Source: Octopus vulgaris
Taxonomy: Eukaryota
Length of the DNA stretch: 64,000 bases
Direction of reading: 5' to 3'
Assembly: GCA_951406725.2 (NCBI GenBank)
Contig: OX597819.1
Span: forward strand, 38,316,001 to 38,380,000
This document shows positions 1 to 12,559 of this stretch, in pieces; the first letter of the stretch is position 1, and every line of letters begins with the position of its first letter. The notes under the pieces were generated by a model. That model was not told the DNA's origin. It worked only from the letters and a program-made list of their open reading frames with translations, and ran no database searches. The position numbers were made by a program, and so were the translations under genes.

Positions 1-41
1 TGCTATGCCTATATAAGTATGTTTAAAAAAAATTTTTTTTA

Positions 42-425
42 ATACTTGTTTCAGTTATTAGACTGCAGTCATGCTGGGACACCACCCTGAAAAAGTTTAG
101 TCAAATGAATCACCTCTTTTGTGCTTTTTTTTTTTTTAAATCTGGTACTTATTCAATCAATCTCTTTTACCAAACTGCAAAGTTACAGGGACATTAACAC
201 AACAACATTGGTTGTCAGGTGGTGAAAGTGGATACACACGCACACACAAATGTATGTATGAATATATGTATGTATATGATGGGCTTCTTTCAGTTTCTAT
301 CTACCAAATCCACTCACAAGACTTTGGTTGGCCTAAGGCTATAGTAGAAGACACTTGCCCAAGGTGCCATGCAGTGGGACTGAACCCGGAACCATGTGGT
401 TGGGAAGCAAACTTAGTACCACATA
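42..425 (-). mobile_element. tRNA-derived SINE, family A (CORE-like), diverged copy
   Basis: Reverse complement matches the recurring element GGCGCAGGAGTGGCTGTGTGGTAAG..GGTTCAGTCCCAC..CCTTGGGCAAGTGTCTTC, with A/B-box-like head and internal CA/TA tract. Confidence 0.8.
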
Positions 426-566
426 TCAATGCCTGTTTAAATATTTCCTTACTTAGAAAGATGTGATCCTTCTAAATACACTGCGCCTCCATCATTGTAG
501 TATTCCCTTGATAATTTACCATTGGTTTTTACATATAACTCATTCCCATCTCTCTATCTCTCTCTT

Positions 567-932
567 CATCATCATCATCATTGTTTAACATCCGCTTTCC
601 ATGCTGGCATGGATTGGACGATTTGACTGAGGACTGGCGGACTAGATGGCTGCACCAGGCTCCAATCTTGATCTGGCAGAGTTTCTACAGCTGGATGCCC
701 TTCCTAATGCCAACCTCTCCGAGAGTGTAGTAGGTGCTTTTACATACCACTGGCACAAGAGCCAGTCAGGTAGTACTGGCAATGCCCATGCTCAAAATGG
801 TGTTTTTTACGTGCCACCTGCACAGGAGCCAGTCTAGCGGCACTGGCAACGACCTTGATCGAATGTTTTTTCACGTGCCAGTAAGGCAACGCTAGTAACG
901 ATCACGCTCAAATGGTGCTTATTACGTGCCGA
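567..932 (-). mobile_element. Short retroposon family C with (GAT)n tail and internal ~55-bp repeats
   Basis: (CAT)n followed by TTTAACATCCGCTTTCCATGCT..GGATGCCCTTCCTAATGCCAACC; homologous to 13255, 20544 and 22975 copies. Confidence 0.8.
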
Positions 933-1404
933 CACCAGACAAAACTATTCAATTAACCAATAGATATTCCTTCATAAATATTTAGTCTGTGTTCTTTCAT
1001 GATGATAACTTTTAAAATTCAAAATTCTAGCCAAACCATACAAAAATATGCTTTACTTTACAATCAATATTCTACCAATCCCTCATCTCCAATTTTATGC
1101 ACTTTCCTATCCATTTTTATTTAGATTAATCTGTAAAGCGGTTTTTAGAATTCAATAAATTGCATCAATCAGTTAACTTTTATATTTTCACTGGGGCTCT
1201 ATTACCAAACAGATATCATTGTCTTCCTTCTCCTCATCTTCTTTGTCCTCCTCCTCATCGATGTCATCAATGTCATCATCATCTTATCACAGTTTTGCCA
1301 AGTTGGTAGCATGGTGTACATAGGCTATATATCACATTCTACTAGCATTTTGATACACAATAAAGATAAAACTGCCATTTTCTGCTGTTGAGTTTGACAT
1401 TTTT

Positions 1405-1484
1405 TGGTGGTGGTGGTGGTGGTTGTGGCAGCGGTGGCAGCAGTGGTGCTGGCGGCAGTGGTGCTGGCAGCAGCGGTGGTGTGG
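1405..1484. repeat. Degenerate (GGT)/(GGC) trinucleotide tract
   Basis: GGTGGTGGT..GGCAGCGGTGGCAGCAGTGG visible. Confidence 0.8.
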
Positions 1485-1609
1485 CTTTTGTCCCTTAATG
1501 TCCTTATCCTGAACCATTTTACATTCAAGGGAAATGTTGTGTTCTTGGTCACTTGTACACCAAGGAAATCAAGTAACCTGCCTGATATGTCCTTGGGCCC
1601 AAGAGAGAG

Positions 1610-1659
<50 letters not shown>

Positions 1660-1674
1660 GCTGCTGCTGCTACT
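1610..1674. repeat. Compound microsatellite (CTA)n(CTG)n
   Basis: Directly visible. Confidence 0.95.
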
Positions 1675-1874
1675 CAGTTTTTATTCAGGGTCCATAGGCA
1701 AAATATGATTGAGAATCACTAGTTTATCATTTTGTGTTAATTCATTTCAGCACAAAAGTAGCAGTCAAATTATTCACAATTTGTGAATAACTTAAATATT
1801 TTGTACCCTGAAGTCAATTTTTTTTTTTATGATTACATTATTTATTTTGAGATGATTACATTATTTATTTATTG

Positions 1875-2080
1875 AGATGCAGCACGGAATTTTGTCAGTG
1901 AACAGGTCGCGGTCTCAAAGCAATGAAAATATTTTGACAAATTAAATTTAAATGTCGAAGTGAATTTAACGGTTTTTGTGTGTTTCTTAAATGGCTTATA
2001 AACACCTTCCATGCTACAATTGTTTTCGTTCCAGCACACGATCTCAGATCTGGTCACTTGCTATGCAAGTGCATCTCCAT
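1875..2080 (+). mobile_element. Short dispersed repeat with hammerhead-like fold (probable Penelope pseudo-LTR derivative)
   Basis: Homologous to 19093-19285; TTTGTCA-GTGAACA-G-GTCGC..GCAAT-GAAA-ATAT-TT-TGACAAA at 1891-1941. Confidence 0.6.
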
Positions 2081-2593
2081 AATTATTTATTTTATAAACA
2101 ATAATCTTAAAAGCACTTTACAACATTTAAATTGTTTGCTTTTGTTTAAGACACATTATTTCTTCTAAACCTCTGCCATAAATTTACAACATTAATACAA
2201 GCAGATCTTCATTGGTTATAGTGGAAGAGGGCTGTTTTATATTTTATTTAACTCCAGGTCAACCCTGATTAAGTACACCTATAATGGGATGGTCACAGTA
2301 TTCCAATAGTGGCCATCCTATCTTTTCCCTATGTGTGAGGAATGCAAGGCCATGTTATCTTGCATCCCCCATTTGTTCAAGAGAATAAGACACGATTTCA
2401 GAGACTTAGCTGTTTTTTGTAGCAAGTCAAATTATATGTTAGTGTTATTTAGTCCCAAGTCAATCTTCATAGGCTGCTAACCTATGACCAAAGACATTCC
2501 CATTGTGATCACCCTGTTTTTTTTTTATGGTTATGTAGAACAACATTGTCTCATGTACCCTTTCCTTACTTAAAATGGTAAGGTGTGATTTAA

Positions 2594-3088
2594 CCCTTTA
2601 GCGTTCAGGTTGCTCTGTAAAATATAGTGCTTGTTTATTCACTTTGTTTTGAGTTAATCATGTATTATTTTGTAGCCAGTGAAGGCATGTGGCTTAGTGG
2701 TTAGGCTTTTTGGCTTGTGGTCATACGTTCAATTCCTGGTGACTGTATCTTTGAGTGGGGCACTTTATTTCATGTTGATCCAGTCCACTCAACTGGCAAA
2801 AATGAGTAGTACTTGTATTTCAAGAGCCAGCCTTGTCACACTGAACTCCCCTGAGAACTGCATTAAGAGTATATGTGTCTGTGTATGAGCAGGCTGTTCC
2901 GTTGATCAGATTAACTGAAACCTTTGTCATCGGAGCCAGTGGAGTGTCATTTTGTAGCCTAAAGATTTTGATGATGTGTTTGTTTGTTTTTAGAATGACA
3001 TTGTAGAATAGATGTGAGAGACTGGATCTGGTCAGTTTGAACATAAAACAGGTTGACTATTTGGGCTGGGTTTGACTGGTTTAAATGA
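2594..3088. mobile_element. piggyBac-like MITE (right end lost), interrupted by a SINE
   Basis: Begins TTAA|CCCTTTAGC; sequence resumes after the duplicated target site of the nested SINE. Confidence 0.5.
2678..2948 (+). mobile_element. tRNA-derived SINE family E with 11-bp TSD
   Basis: Head GTGAAGGCATGTGGCTTAGTGGTTAGG..GTTCAATTCC; ATTTTGTAGCC duplicated at 2667-2677 and 2949-2959; body homologous to 63440-63670. Confidence 0.8.
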
Positions 3089-3529
3089 AATTTGACTGCT
3101 TCCTCTTGCAGGTCAGTCAACCACTTTGAAGTTTCCTTGTCAGCTTAATAAATTATTGTGTAAGTGTGGGAGTTGGTGGTGGTGGTAGTGAGTGGGTGTG
3201 CATGTGGAATGGGAAGGTGGTGTGTGTGGTGGTGGTGTGACTGAATGATTGTGGGTGGATGTACAATAGTTTAATCCCTCCTCGAATGCTATAATAAATA
3301 TATTGTGTTAACTATACCTATAAAACATCTTTTTAATGTCATTAATCACACATTTTATTTTTATTCCTCTGTATGACACACAAAACATATAATTACTTAT
3401 ATGCACATGCTCTTATAGACTTGTGTACGTCTTATAATAGCATCCAGAAATCTCGTATATCCACAATATAAATATAAAAGTACCATAACTGGTTTGTTTT
3501 TCTTCTTAAGCATTTAATCTACAAAATCT

Positions 3530-3915
3530 TTTATCTTTTACTTGTTTCATTCACTGGACTGTGGTCATACTGGGGCACCATCTTGAAGGGGGCTTTAGTT
3601 GAACAAATCAACCCTAGTACTTATCTTTTAAAGTTTGCTACTTATTCTATTGGACTCATTTTTGCTGAACTGCTAAGTTACGGGGATATAAACAAACACC
3701 AATTGTCAAGTGGTGGTTGGAGACAAAGACACACATGCACACACACATGTATGCACACACATTCTTTCCATTTTTGTCTACCAAATCCACTTAGAAGGCT
3801 TTGGTTGGCCCAAAGCTATAGTAGAAAACACCTGCCCAATGTGTCACATGGTGGAACTGAACCCAAAACTATGTGATTGGGAAACAAACTTCTTACCATA
3901 CATCCATGCCCACAC
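3530..3915 (-). mobile_element. SINE family A, diverged
   Basis: Same conserved blocks as other family A copies. Confidence 0.75.
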
Positions 3916-4559
3916 CTTTATTTCATTTCATCTATATACATATATTAGTATTTAGCAGAAGCAACAGAGTAACTCATGGACCAAAATTTCTGTGCATTGG
4001 CACTTATCAAAGTTTGGTAATTGCTATACTCATGTTTTGAGGTCTATTTTTCCTATTTGCATCACCAAGCCTATTCGAAGAATTAGCATTGTCCTATGTG
4101 TGAATTTTCCATTTGTTGTGTTTCTATTTAAATCTTTGGAACATATTTGTATACAGGTGAAATAGCACAAATTGAACAAGGGCAATGAAAGATAGATTGA
4201 CAATGTGAGAAGTTACAATGGGTGGGCAAATTTTTTGAAAAGTGATAAAGAAAATGTAATCTCATGCACCCACAGACATAGATAAAAAAATTACAAGTTT
4301 TGCGCAGGGACTAATCAGCAAAAGAGCAAAAAAATGTAAAAAGGAAAAGAAGTGTGGTGTCATTTCATGTAAACCTTTTATCAAAATAGAATAAAGTACA
4401 AGATAAAAGAAATAAAAAAAGACACTTATCACGCATTCACATATGCATACACACAAACACATACCATTTATATGTTTGTGTGTGTGCATGTGAGTGTGCA
4501 TGTGTCTGTGTGTGTGCATGCATGCGTGTGTGCATGTGTATCTTGTGGGAGAAGCTCAG

Positions 4560-6445
4560 AGGAAACTTTTTTGTAAGAGTTATATCCCTTGATTAAGGAT
4601 CAGCCTGTACCATCACTGTGTATGAGATAAATGTCTGTTGAGTGGGGTTGTGATCTGAGGTGTGGGTAGGATGGTTTTAATATGTGTGGAGGTCAGAAGT
4701 GCAGATGAAGGGGAGAGATTAGTCAATCTTAAAATCATATATAAGCCTGTATGTTTAGGTGTATGAGTGTCCTTGTATGTCATAAGTTGAGTACATAAGT
4801 ATTGTACTGAATCCTCAGACTGATGATGGGAGGTGCTGATGGTGGCAAATCTGAAATTTATGTTCATGATATATGTCTGCCAGTATCCAAACAAATATCT
4901 CTAATCATAAGGGCTTGGAAAATTTTGCTTTTACACTTTAGGTAGGTATCCAGGTGATGAGAATTCTTTAGTATGATTATTTTCTTGTCACGCAGAGTCT
5001 ACTGTCATTATTGAAATAAGCCTTACACCTTTCTGGTAATCTCCACTTGATGCTGTAATCTATGGCACTTACATTCAATGACCATATATGCCTAGCGAGG
5101 GCTACAAAACCTCACATCTGGTTTGTAAAAGAAGATTTGTGGATGTTAAATCTAATTCTGAATGGACTGTCTGTCATGCCTGCATATTTCCACACATCCA
5201 TATGCCTGTTGGAATCCTTGATATCACTTGTGCCTAATATACAATGGTTTCTGTGTCGCACTGGTGTTAAGTAGACATGCTGTGTTGCCTCTGGCTTAAC
5301 ATCCTACCTCTGTCTCAAGTATGGGCCTACTTACTAAGATTTTTTTAATACTAGGTGCACAACTGAAAGAGACTCTTAAGTTATGCCTGTTTAGATGTGT
5401 CTCTTTATCTATGTGTTTAAAGAAAGTGTTTACTAATTAAACAAAGAAGGATCTTATCTACACAAGTTTTTACCTTCAGGAAGAAGTGGAGTGTGAACCA
5501 CAAAATTTTCTGGTGGAGTTTTCCCTTGGTGGGGTTAGGGTTGGTTGTATAGTTAATCTTATCCTTAAATTTGCTAGTTGCCAGGGCCTCATAATATGGA
5601 GCTGTGATGTCAAAAATTTCTTTACTGAAAAACAGGTTGAAGATTTTTCTGCTGGACCTCTTAATCAGGTTCCTTAACACTATGGCTGGAAAACAGGAAG
5701 CTGTATTAACATATGCTAGTCTTACATTTGGTTTCCTAAAGGGTTTTTAAGGAAATTAACATTAAGGAAATCAACCACCTTCAAGTTGGTTTCTATTGTG
5801 ATCATGAGTTCAAGGATTCAGGGTATTGGTTAGGTCTTACTTAAGCATATTGAGTTTGACCATTCACCCCTATTAATATTACTAAAGTATCATTTCTGTA
5901 TAGACCAAAACTAGCTGAGGAGAATTGCTTATTTTGCAAACCCAGAATAAAAATACCAATATGGTCACATACATAGTACTGTCAAAAGATCTCCACTGCA
6001 ACATCAAAGGAGTCCTGGGGTCAGTTTGCAATACCAAGGTCAACCTGTTGTTGAAGAGCAAGTTTTTCTAGCATGCATGATGATGCCTATGCTCCTGTCT
6101 TTTCTCTCATTATAGGCCCTTCGAACGTTTAGCACATTATTTAGCAAATTCCTTAATGTCAACAGATAAAAGTCCAATGTATCAAATTGGGTAAACCCTG
6201 TCCTAATTCTGATGCTATTATTTTTAAACCATTTGGCAACCTCATTGGCATTGCACAAAAGCACAAAGCCAGTGGGTCTTCTGTTATTCGTAAGGAGCTG
6301 TTTGATTGTGAAGTTACCCTCTGACTTTGTAGGGTTGATCAGATGTTTCTTGGAGGCATAGGTAGAGTTCACTTTCGTGGTCTTCAAGGGTGTTTTTTTT
6401 TTCCCCCAGAGCTTCCAACCTATCTTCAATGCCTAGTTTAACAAA
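4560..6445 (-). mobile_element. Penelope-like retroelement relic (RT + GIY-YIG endonuclease, frameshifted)
   Basis: Minus-strand translations FTQFDTLDFYL (RT), FDITAPYYEAL, TIVY..KYAGMTDSPFRIRFNIHKSSF (GIY-YIG-like); colinear with the 51900-53915 copy. Confidence 0.85.
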
Positions 6446-6790
6446 CTATGCATGTTTGTGTGACAGTGTTGCTTAGTAGCTGTGTGTGTGTGTGTTTGTT
6501 TTGTATTCCATTGATGTAAAATATCCTGGTTCAATACTGATATGTAGTATTATATGTAGGTCTAACAACGTATAATGCTTGACAGTCATATAATGACTGT
6601 ATGCAAGTCTGATGATGTATAAAACCACAAATACATTGTAACATTCCATCTGGAAGTTTTGCATGCAATAATGTTAAAAACAGAGTGTAGTGAAGCAATT
6701 GTAACTGGTCGTTAAAAATGTGCTAAGCGTTTCTACATCTTCTTATTTGGATTTTATTTGTGTGTATGTGTGTGTGTGTATAGATATAGA

Positions 6791-6827
<37 letters not shown>

Positions 6828-6930
6828 TGGCAGATGGACAGACAGTCAGACATATACCATTATAATAGTTTTTATTATTGGATAACTCTAGTATATGCAG
6901 AACTTTGATAGATATTGAATATCCTCAGTA

Positions 6931-7352
6931 AATACTTATTTCTTTATTGCCCACAGGGGGCTAAACACAGAGGGGACAAACTAGGACAGACAAAGGGATT
7001 AAGTCGATTACATTGACCCCAGTGCATAACTGGTACTTAATTTATCGACCCCATAAGGATGAAAGGCAAAGTCGACCTCGGCGGAATTTGAACTCAGAAC
7101 GTAACGGCAGACGAAATACCTATTTCTATACCACACACAAGGGGCTAAACACAGAGGGGACAAACAAGAACAGACAAAGAGATTAAGTCAATTACATTGA
7201 CCCCAGTGCATAACTGGTACTTAATTTATCGACCCCAAAAGGATGAAAGGCAAAGTCGACCTCGACGGAATTTGAACTCAGAATGTAATGGTAGACGAAA
7301 TACCGCTAAGCATTTCGCCCGGTGTGCTAACGTTTCTGCCAGCTCGCCGCCT
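6931..7352 (-). mobile_element. Tandem pair of SINE family B (one 5'-truncated, one full length)
   Basis: Two head-to-tail copies of the reverse complement of GGCGAGCTGGCAGAAACGTTAGC..GAGTTCAAATTCCGCCGAGGTCGACTTTGCCTTTCATCC..AAGAAATA. Confidence 0.9.
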
Positions 7353-7689
7353 CAGTACATTCTTGAGAACCTGATTTTCTCAAAACCAGAAAAAGGATGC
7401 AACTAATTGGGAAATAACTATTACAAGCTATTAAAGGGACTATGAAAATATGTACAGCATTCCATGAGTTTAGCACGTACTGTGTACATAATCTGTGTGT
7501 AGACATTAGTCAGAACATACAGATCCACACTTTGCAATGTCCTGATTTATATACCTATATACACAATTGACTTTGTTGGTGTTATCTAAATTCAATGAAA
7601 AGGTTTGGTCGATGGGTTAGAAATCAGCTCCACATTGAATGAAAAATACAACAAATAAAACTAGGATGTGTGTGTGTGATTGTTTTGAC

Positions 7690-7938
7690 GAGCCTTTCAG
7701 ATGTTGCCATGCACTGCTGGTCATAATGCACTTCACTGCATTGTTGTAGCTTTCAAATGATGCCACCTCACTGGCCAGGTGGTCAGGCCAACATTTCCCC
7801 TGAACAGAACCCCTGTCCATCATATGAAATGAAGTATTTTTGCTCAAGAAAACAACACACTGCTTATCTAGGAATCAAAACCACAATCTTGCAATCATTA
7901 ATGTAATGCCCCTCACCATTAGGCCATATGCCGTCACA
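7690..7938 (-). mobile_element. Older SINE related to family D
   Basis: Shares GCTGGTCA.AATGC..CATTGTT.TAGC.TTC.AATGA.GCCA and a tRNA-like head with 40516-40791. Confidence 0.6.
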
Positions 7939-8285
7939 AACGCACATATGTATAGATAAGTGTGTGTGTGTATGTGTACTTATGCATGCATAAGTTTGAG
8001 ATGTTCAGAATTTCCTAAGAGCATTTTATCATATTTGAAGTAAAAAAGCTTCAACAAGGATATGAACCAGAGTCACAAAAATAGCTTTCTTCCATTTCAT
8101 TGGTGTTAACTATGTATATTATTTATAAGCATTCATGCATGTTTGAATGTATTTGTGTGTACATATATATATATATATATACACACTTACATATTATATA
8201 TGGTATATATATCATATACACACACACACACAGATATGCATAAATCTCTCTCTCTCTCTCTCTGATGATATATATATATATATAT

Positions 8286-8392
8286 CTGACTAGGCCTGAT
8301 GAAGCCATCCGGCTTCACAGACCCCAGTTGAACTGTCCAACCCATGCTAGCATGGAAAACGGACGCTAAACAATGATGATGATGATGATGAT
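8286..8392 (+). mobile_element. 3' fragment of family C
   Basis: CCAACCCATGCTAGCATGGAAAACGGACGCTAAAC(GAT)n. Confidence 0.75.
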
Positions 8393-9713
8393 ATATATAT
8401 ATAGAGAGAGAGATGAAGTTCTCTGTGTTTGTGTAGCTAAATGGGTGTGTGTGCATGTTTGTATGTGTGTGTGTCAGTATGCATGAGTGTGTGCGTGTAT
8501 CTCTGTGTGTGTATGTGTGTTTGTTAGATTAAAAAAGGATTGTTCTTTTTATAGCAGTTTTGTAGAATTCTTATTATTAAAATCATTCTAAATTTAGTTT
8601 GCTTGAAACTGGCTGGTAAGTTTGCTTTAAAGTGACAATATTGAATCATGTAGAAAATGAGTTTTCTATTAAGAAAGAAAAAAAACATACCTGTCACCCC
8701 CTATATTTGCAATGAGATCTGCTGAGCTGTTTATTGCTTGACTGATACTGACAGAAAGTTGTACATTATATGTGTGTGTGGAATAGTAGAGAGCATGTAT
8801 ATAGTCACACAGCAATGAGGCATATCAGGCTGAATGTATAGATGTGTTGATAGCAATTATGTAATGTAAATTAACGATGTATTCGTAAATATATATATAT
8901 ATATATGTATATATATACATGTATACATATATATATATATGAAGATGAACCAAGATACTAGTTGTCTAGCAAATATTACTTATGTTTGATAGATAGTTTG
9001 CCAACATAAATACTTCTCATGGTTGAGCAAAATCTTATATTTGCCTAATTAGAGGATATACCGTGAGACAAATCTTTAAAAAAATATTATTTCAGTTTTC
9101 ATTTACATTTAATATGAATGCATTATCAGTAGGATAATGTTCTTACCTACATTAATAATTACAGGTGAGTTTTAACAACAATGTATTTTTATTTCTTTGT
9201 TTCTTATTAATTAATTTGTTTGGAAGATAACTTCCTTTTCTTTCAGTTATACTCTCCTGCACTAATCTCTTCATCTGTTGTAATCTAAATATTTTTCTTT
9301 TAATTAATTAAAACTTTCATAAGGTAGATTTCTTTTCTGTTTTTGTAAATATATATGTTGGTTACTAGGTAAATCAGCACATTTTCACCACAAGAAAAGT
9401 ATTGCTTTACTAATATTAACAAGTATTAAGCATTTAAAATACATGGAAAAAAATAACCCATGAGAATAATATTCAAACTTTATAATTAAAAGTTTCAATT
9501 ACAATGTTATTAAATGATTGTTCTTCTAATATAATTGGATTGCCTCTGTAAATTTTAACTACCAAGAAAAAGGTTTTAAATGCTTATTTATTTGATTAAT
9601 ATATAATCTACTAATATTGTTTTAAACAATTTTATTCATATATACTAACACAGATGCTTATATATGTGTGTATACATGCATATATTTATATATATACACA
9701 CACACACACACAC

Positions 9714-9755
<42 letters not shown>

Positions 9756-9759
<4 letters not shown>

Positions 9760-9927
9760 AAATAAGCAACAAGAATATCCAGAGGTAATGCTGCATTACC
9801 TCTGGATATCCTTGTTTCTTATTGTGATTGTAATCAACCCATTCTGAATTATATGGATAATACCATACCAAATTCTGGTGCCTTTAACTTAAATACCATA
9901 TTCAACTGAATCAAAATTTTTACAGAA

Positions 9928-9930
<3 letters not shown>
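9756..9930 (+). mobile_element. (TA)n-embedded foldback+tail mini-element
   Basis: 36-bp arms 9756-9791/9793-9828 (3 mismatches, 1-nt loop), then tail GGTGCC..TATTCAACTGAATC; homologous to 25047-25202. Confidence 0.7.
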
Positions 9931-9998
<68 letters not shown>

Positions 9999-10027
9999 AA
10001 ATATATTTATATACATACATACATACA

Positions 10028-10060
<33 letters not shown>

Positions 10061-10250
10061 TGTAGAATGAGAAGCAGAAAATCCTTGGTACAGTATTATA
10101 TACTTTAAAAAATGAATAGAAATGACTTTTCTGATAATTTTTCCACTGTAATATTTGAATGTTTATAAAGTTATAAGGTGTACCAAATAACTTATAGACA
10201 TTTAATTATTAAAGTGGAAAATTATCAGAAAAGCCATTTCTATCCAATTT

Positions 10251-10289
10251 CTCACTCACTCACACACACACATGTGTGTGTGTATGTAT

Positions 10290-10371
<82 letters not shown>

Positions 10372-10392
10372 CAAAGATAAATGCGATACAAT

Positions 10393-10440
<48 letters not shown>

Positions 10441-10520
10441 CATATATACATATATATGTGTGTGTGTGTGTATAAATATAAATAGATAGATAGATAGATA
10501 AAGGGAGAGAGAGATACATA
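10251..10520. repeat. Compound (CA)/(TA)/(GATA) microsatellite
   Basis: Directly visible; source of the YIYI ORFs. Confidence 0.95.
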
Positions 10521-12559
10521 TCAAAAATGCTTGGTGAAATTGAGGGGATGAATATTATATTAAATGAATTTCAACTAATATTTTAAAAAATTTCTCCCTT
10601 CATCTCCATATTTGATATGAAACCCTTATAAATCCATATAAACTTAAAATATATCTTTTATGAAATGAAATTGAAATTTATTCACATATAGTCATTTTAT
10701 TCATTATTATATTTATTTTAATTTTGTAAAAAATTCTATATTTAGATGTTGATAATACATTAAAAAAATTTTCTGACTAATATCCCAACCCTAATCACTG
10801 ACATAAAATGTCATTTTGCTTTATTTCTACTTGTTTTTTTATTTTTACTTCTTTGGAAATTAAGTGTTCCACAAATTAGTTATTTTTAGACAGATATTAA
10901 GTTCAATTTATTGATTTCCTTCTTTGGGGGATATTAATTATCTTATAGTCAGACTTATTTCTGTTCTTTCTATTTAGCTTCTTCTAAGAAGAGCTGAAAT
11001 TTGGGATATCTGTGTGTATCAGTTTTCTTAGCAAAAATCAAATGATTTTTTTTTTTTCTTCATCAGAAAATAATCTAGTTCTATTTGATTTTAATTATCT
11101 TGTTCTCTACATGAATATTCTCAAATCTTAAATTAACCCAACAAAAATGTTCTTAAAAGTTACAATTTCCAAGAAATAATCTTGTGTATTTTCTTCTGCT
11201 CAGTGCAAGAAATAGTGGATGAGCTTATTAATGAAGAAGTAGGTTATGAAGATGGTGGTACTGGAGGTGGTTTGCAATGAACTAAGGATAATTTGGAGGT
11301 GTCAATGCTAATATTATCTCAAAAAAGAAAGTCTCAGACGAATAATTTTTCCCAGTATTTGTTTTATCTCTTTTCAAGTAATTTACAGAATTCACACTAA
11401 TAAACTGGTTCAATAAAGTCTTCAGCTAATTGATTCTTCTTTACCTAATGGGAAATTTTATGACCTGTCAAATTTTAGTCTCTCTGATTGTTATATTTAA
11501 ATTATACCATCACTTGCTGCATCAGATATTGATGGGTAGTCAGGTCTCAGCTATTTTCCTTCCTTGGAACTAATATTATTTAGGAGAATTTAACACTGTC
11601 TTCCAGTGAACAGTACCGAAAAATGATCCACCTATAAGAAAATAGATATATTTTATTGATTCTTACCTTTTGCACTGTATGAGTTTAAGGAAGTGAGTGG
11701 ATGTGCTATAACAAAATGTTGAAGCCTAGTAGATACTGCGTAATCTGTTCTGATAATGTCAGATTGGTACTTGATTGTAGTTTGTTTGTTTTTTTTTATA
11801 TATAAGTTGATCCTGTTATGTTTTTATATCTTTACATAAGATTTATTTTCAATCTTTTTCTATCCATCTTTGGATTGTTTGTTTCATATTATAAGTATCT
11901 TGTAAAATATTAACTCTGTTAAAAAAAAAATGAAGAAATAATAAATTCTAGTGTGACATTGATTTTTCTTTCTCTTTGTGAATTTGTTTCATTATATGAT
12001 CTCTTAATAAAATAACAAATATTAGTAACTCTAGTTTGCTAAAATATATTCTTGCTTTTGCTTGCATTAATTATATAATCTTGAGCATTAGGCATAATTT
12101 GTTGGATGCAAGTGTTGCAGTTATAAATTATTATTTGTTGTAAAAAAAATTCTACATCTATTAATATTAAAGCTTTAGCTAAATCCTAATCACCATGTTT
12201 TGCATAGGAATATAAGGATGTTTAAGAAATCATATTCTCATATGAATTGTTATATATTTATTTATATTATTTATATTAACCACTTGCTGTTGATGTGGAA
12301 ATGGTGTATTTGTCAACAAGTTAAAAGAGTAGGGTAATTTGCCTGCTTAGCGGTACAGAGGAACTTATTTTCAAACCAAAGAGTTGGCATGAATTTTTGA
12401 AAAAGTGTGTGCTTTACTAAAAGCATCCTAGCAATGCTTGGAGAGTAGGTTAACTGGGTGACACACTAAGTGTACCACTAAAGAACAGAAATGGTCATCT
12501 GATGGGGTTTCTATAGCTTTTATCTAAATTTCAGTCACCAGGCTTTGATCTTATGTCCC

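Noticed and set aside
1325-1722. ORFs with poly-T/H/V/Y runs
   Set aside because: Trinucleotide microsatellite artefacts
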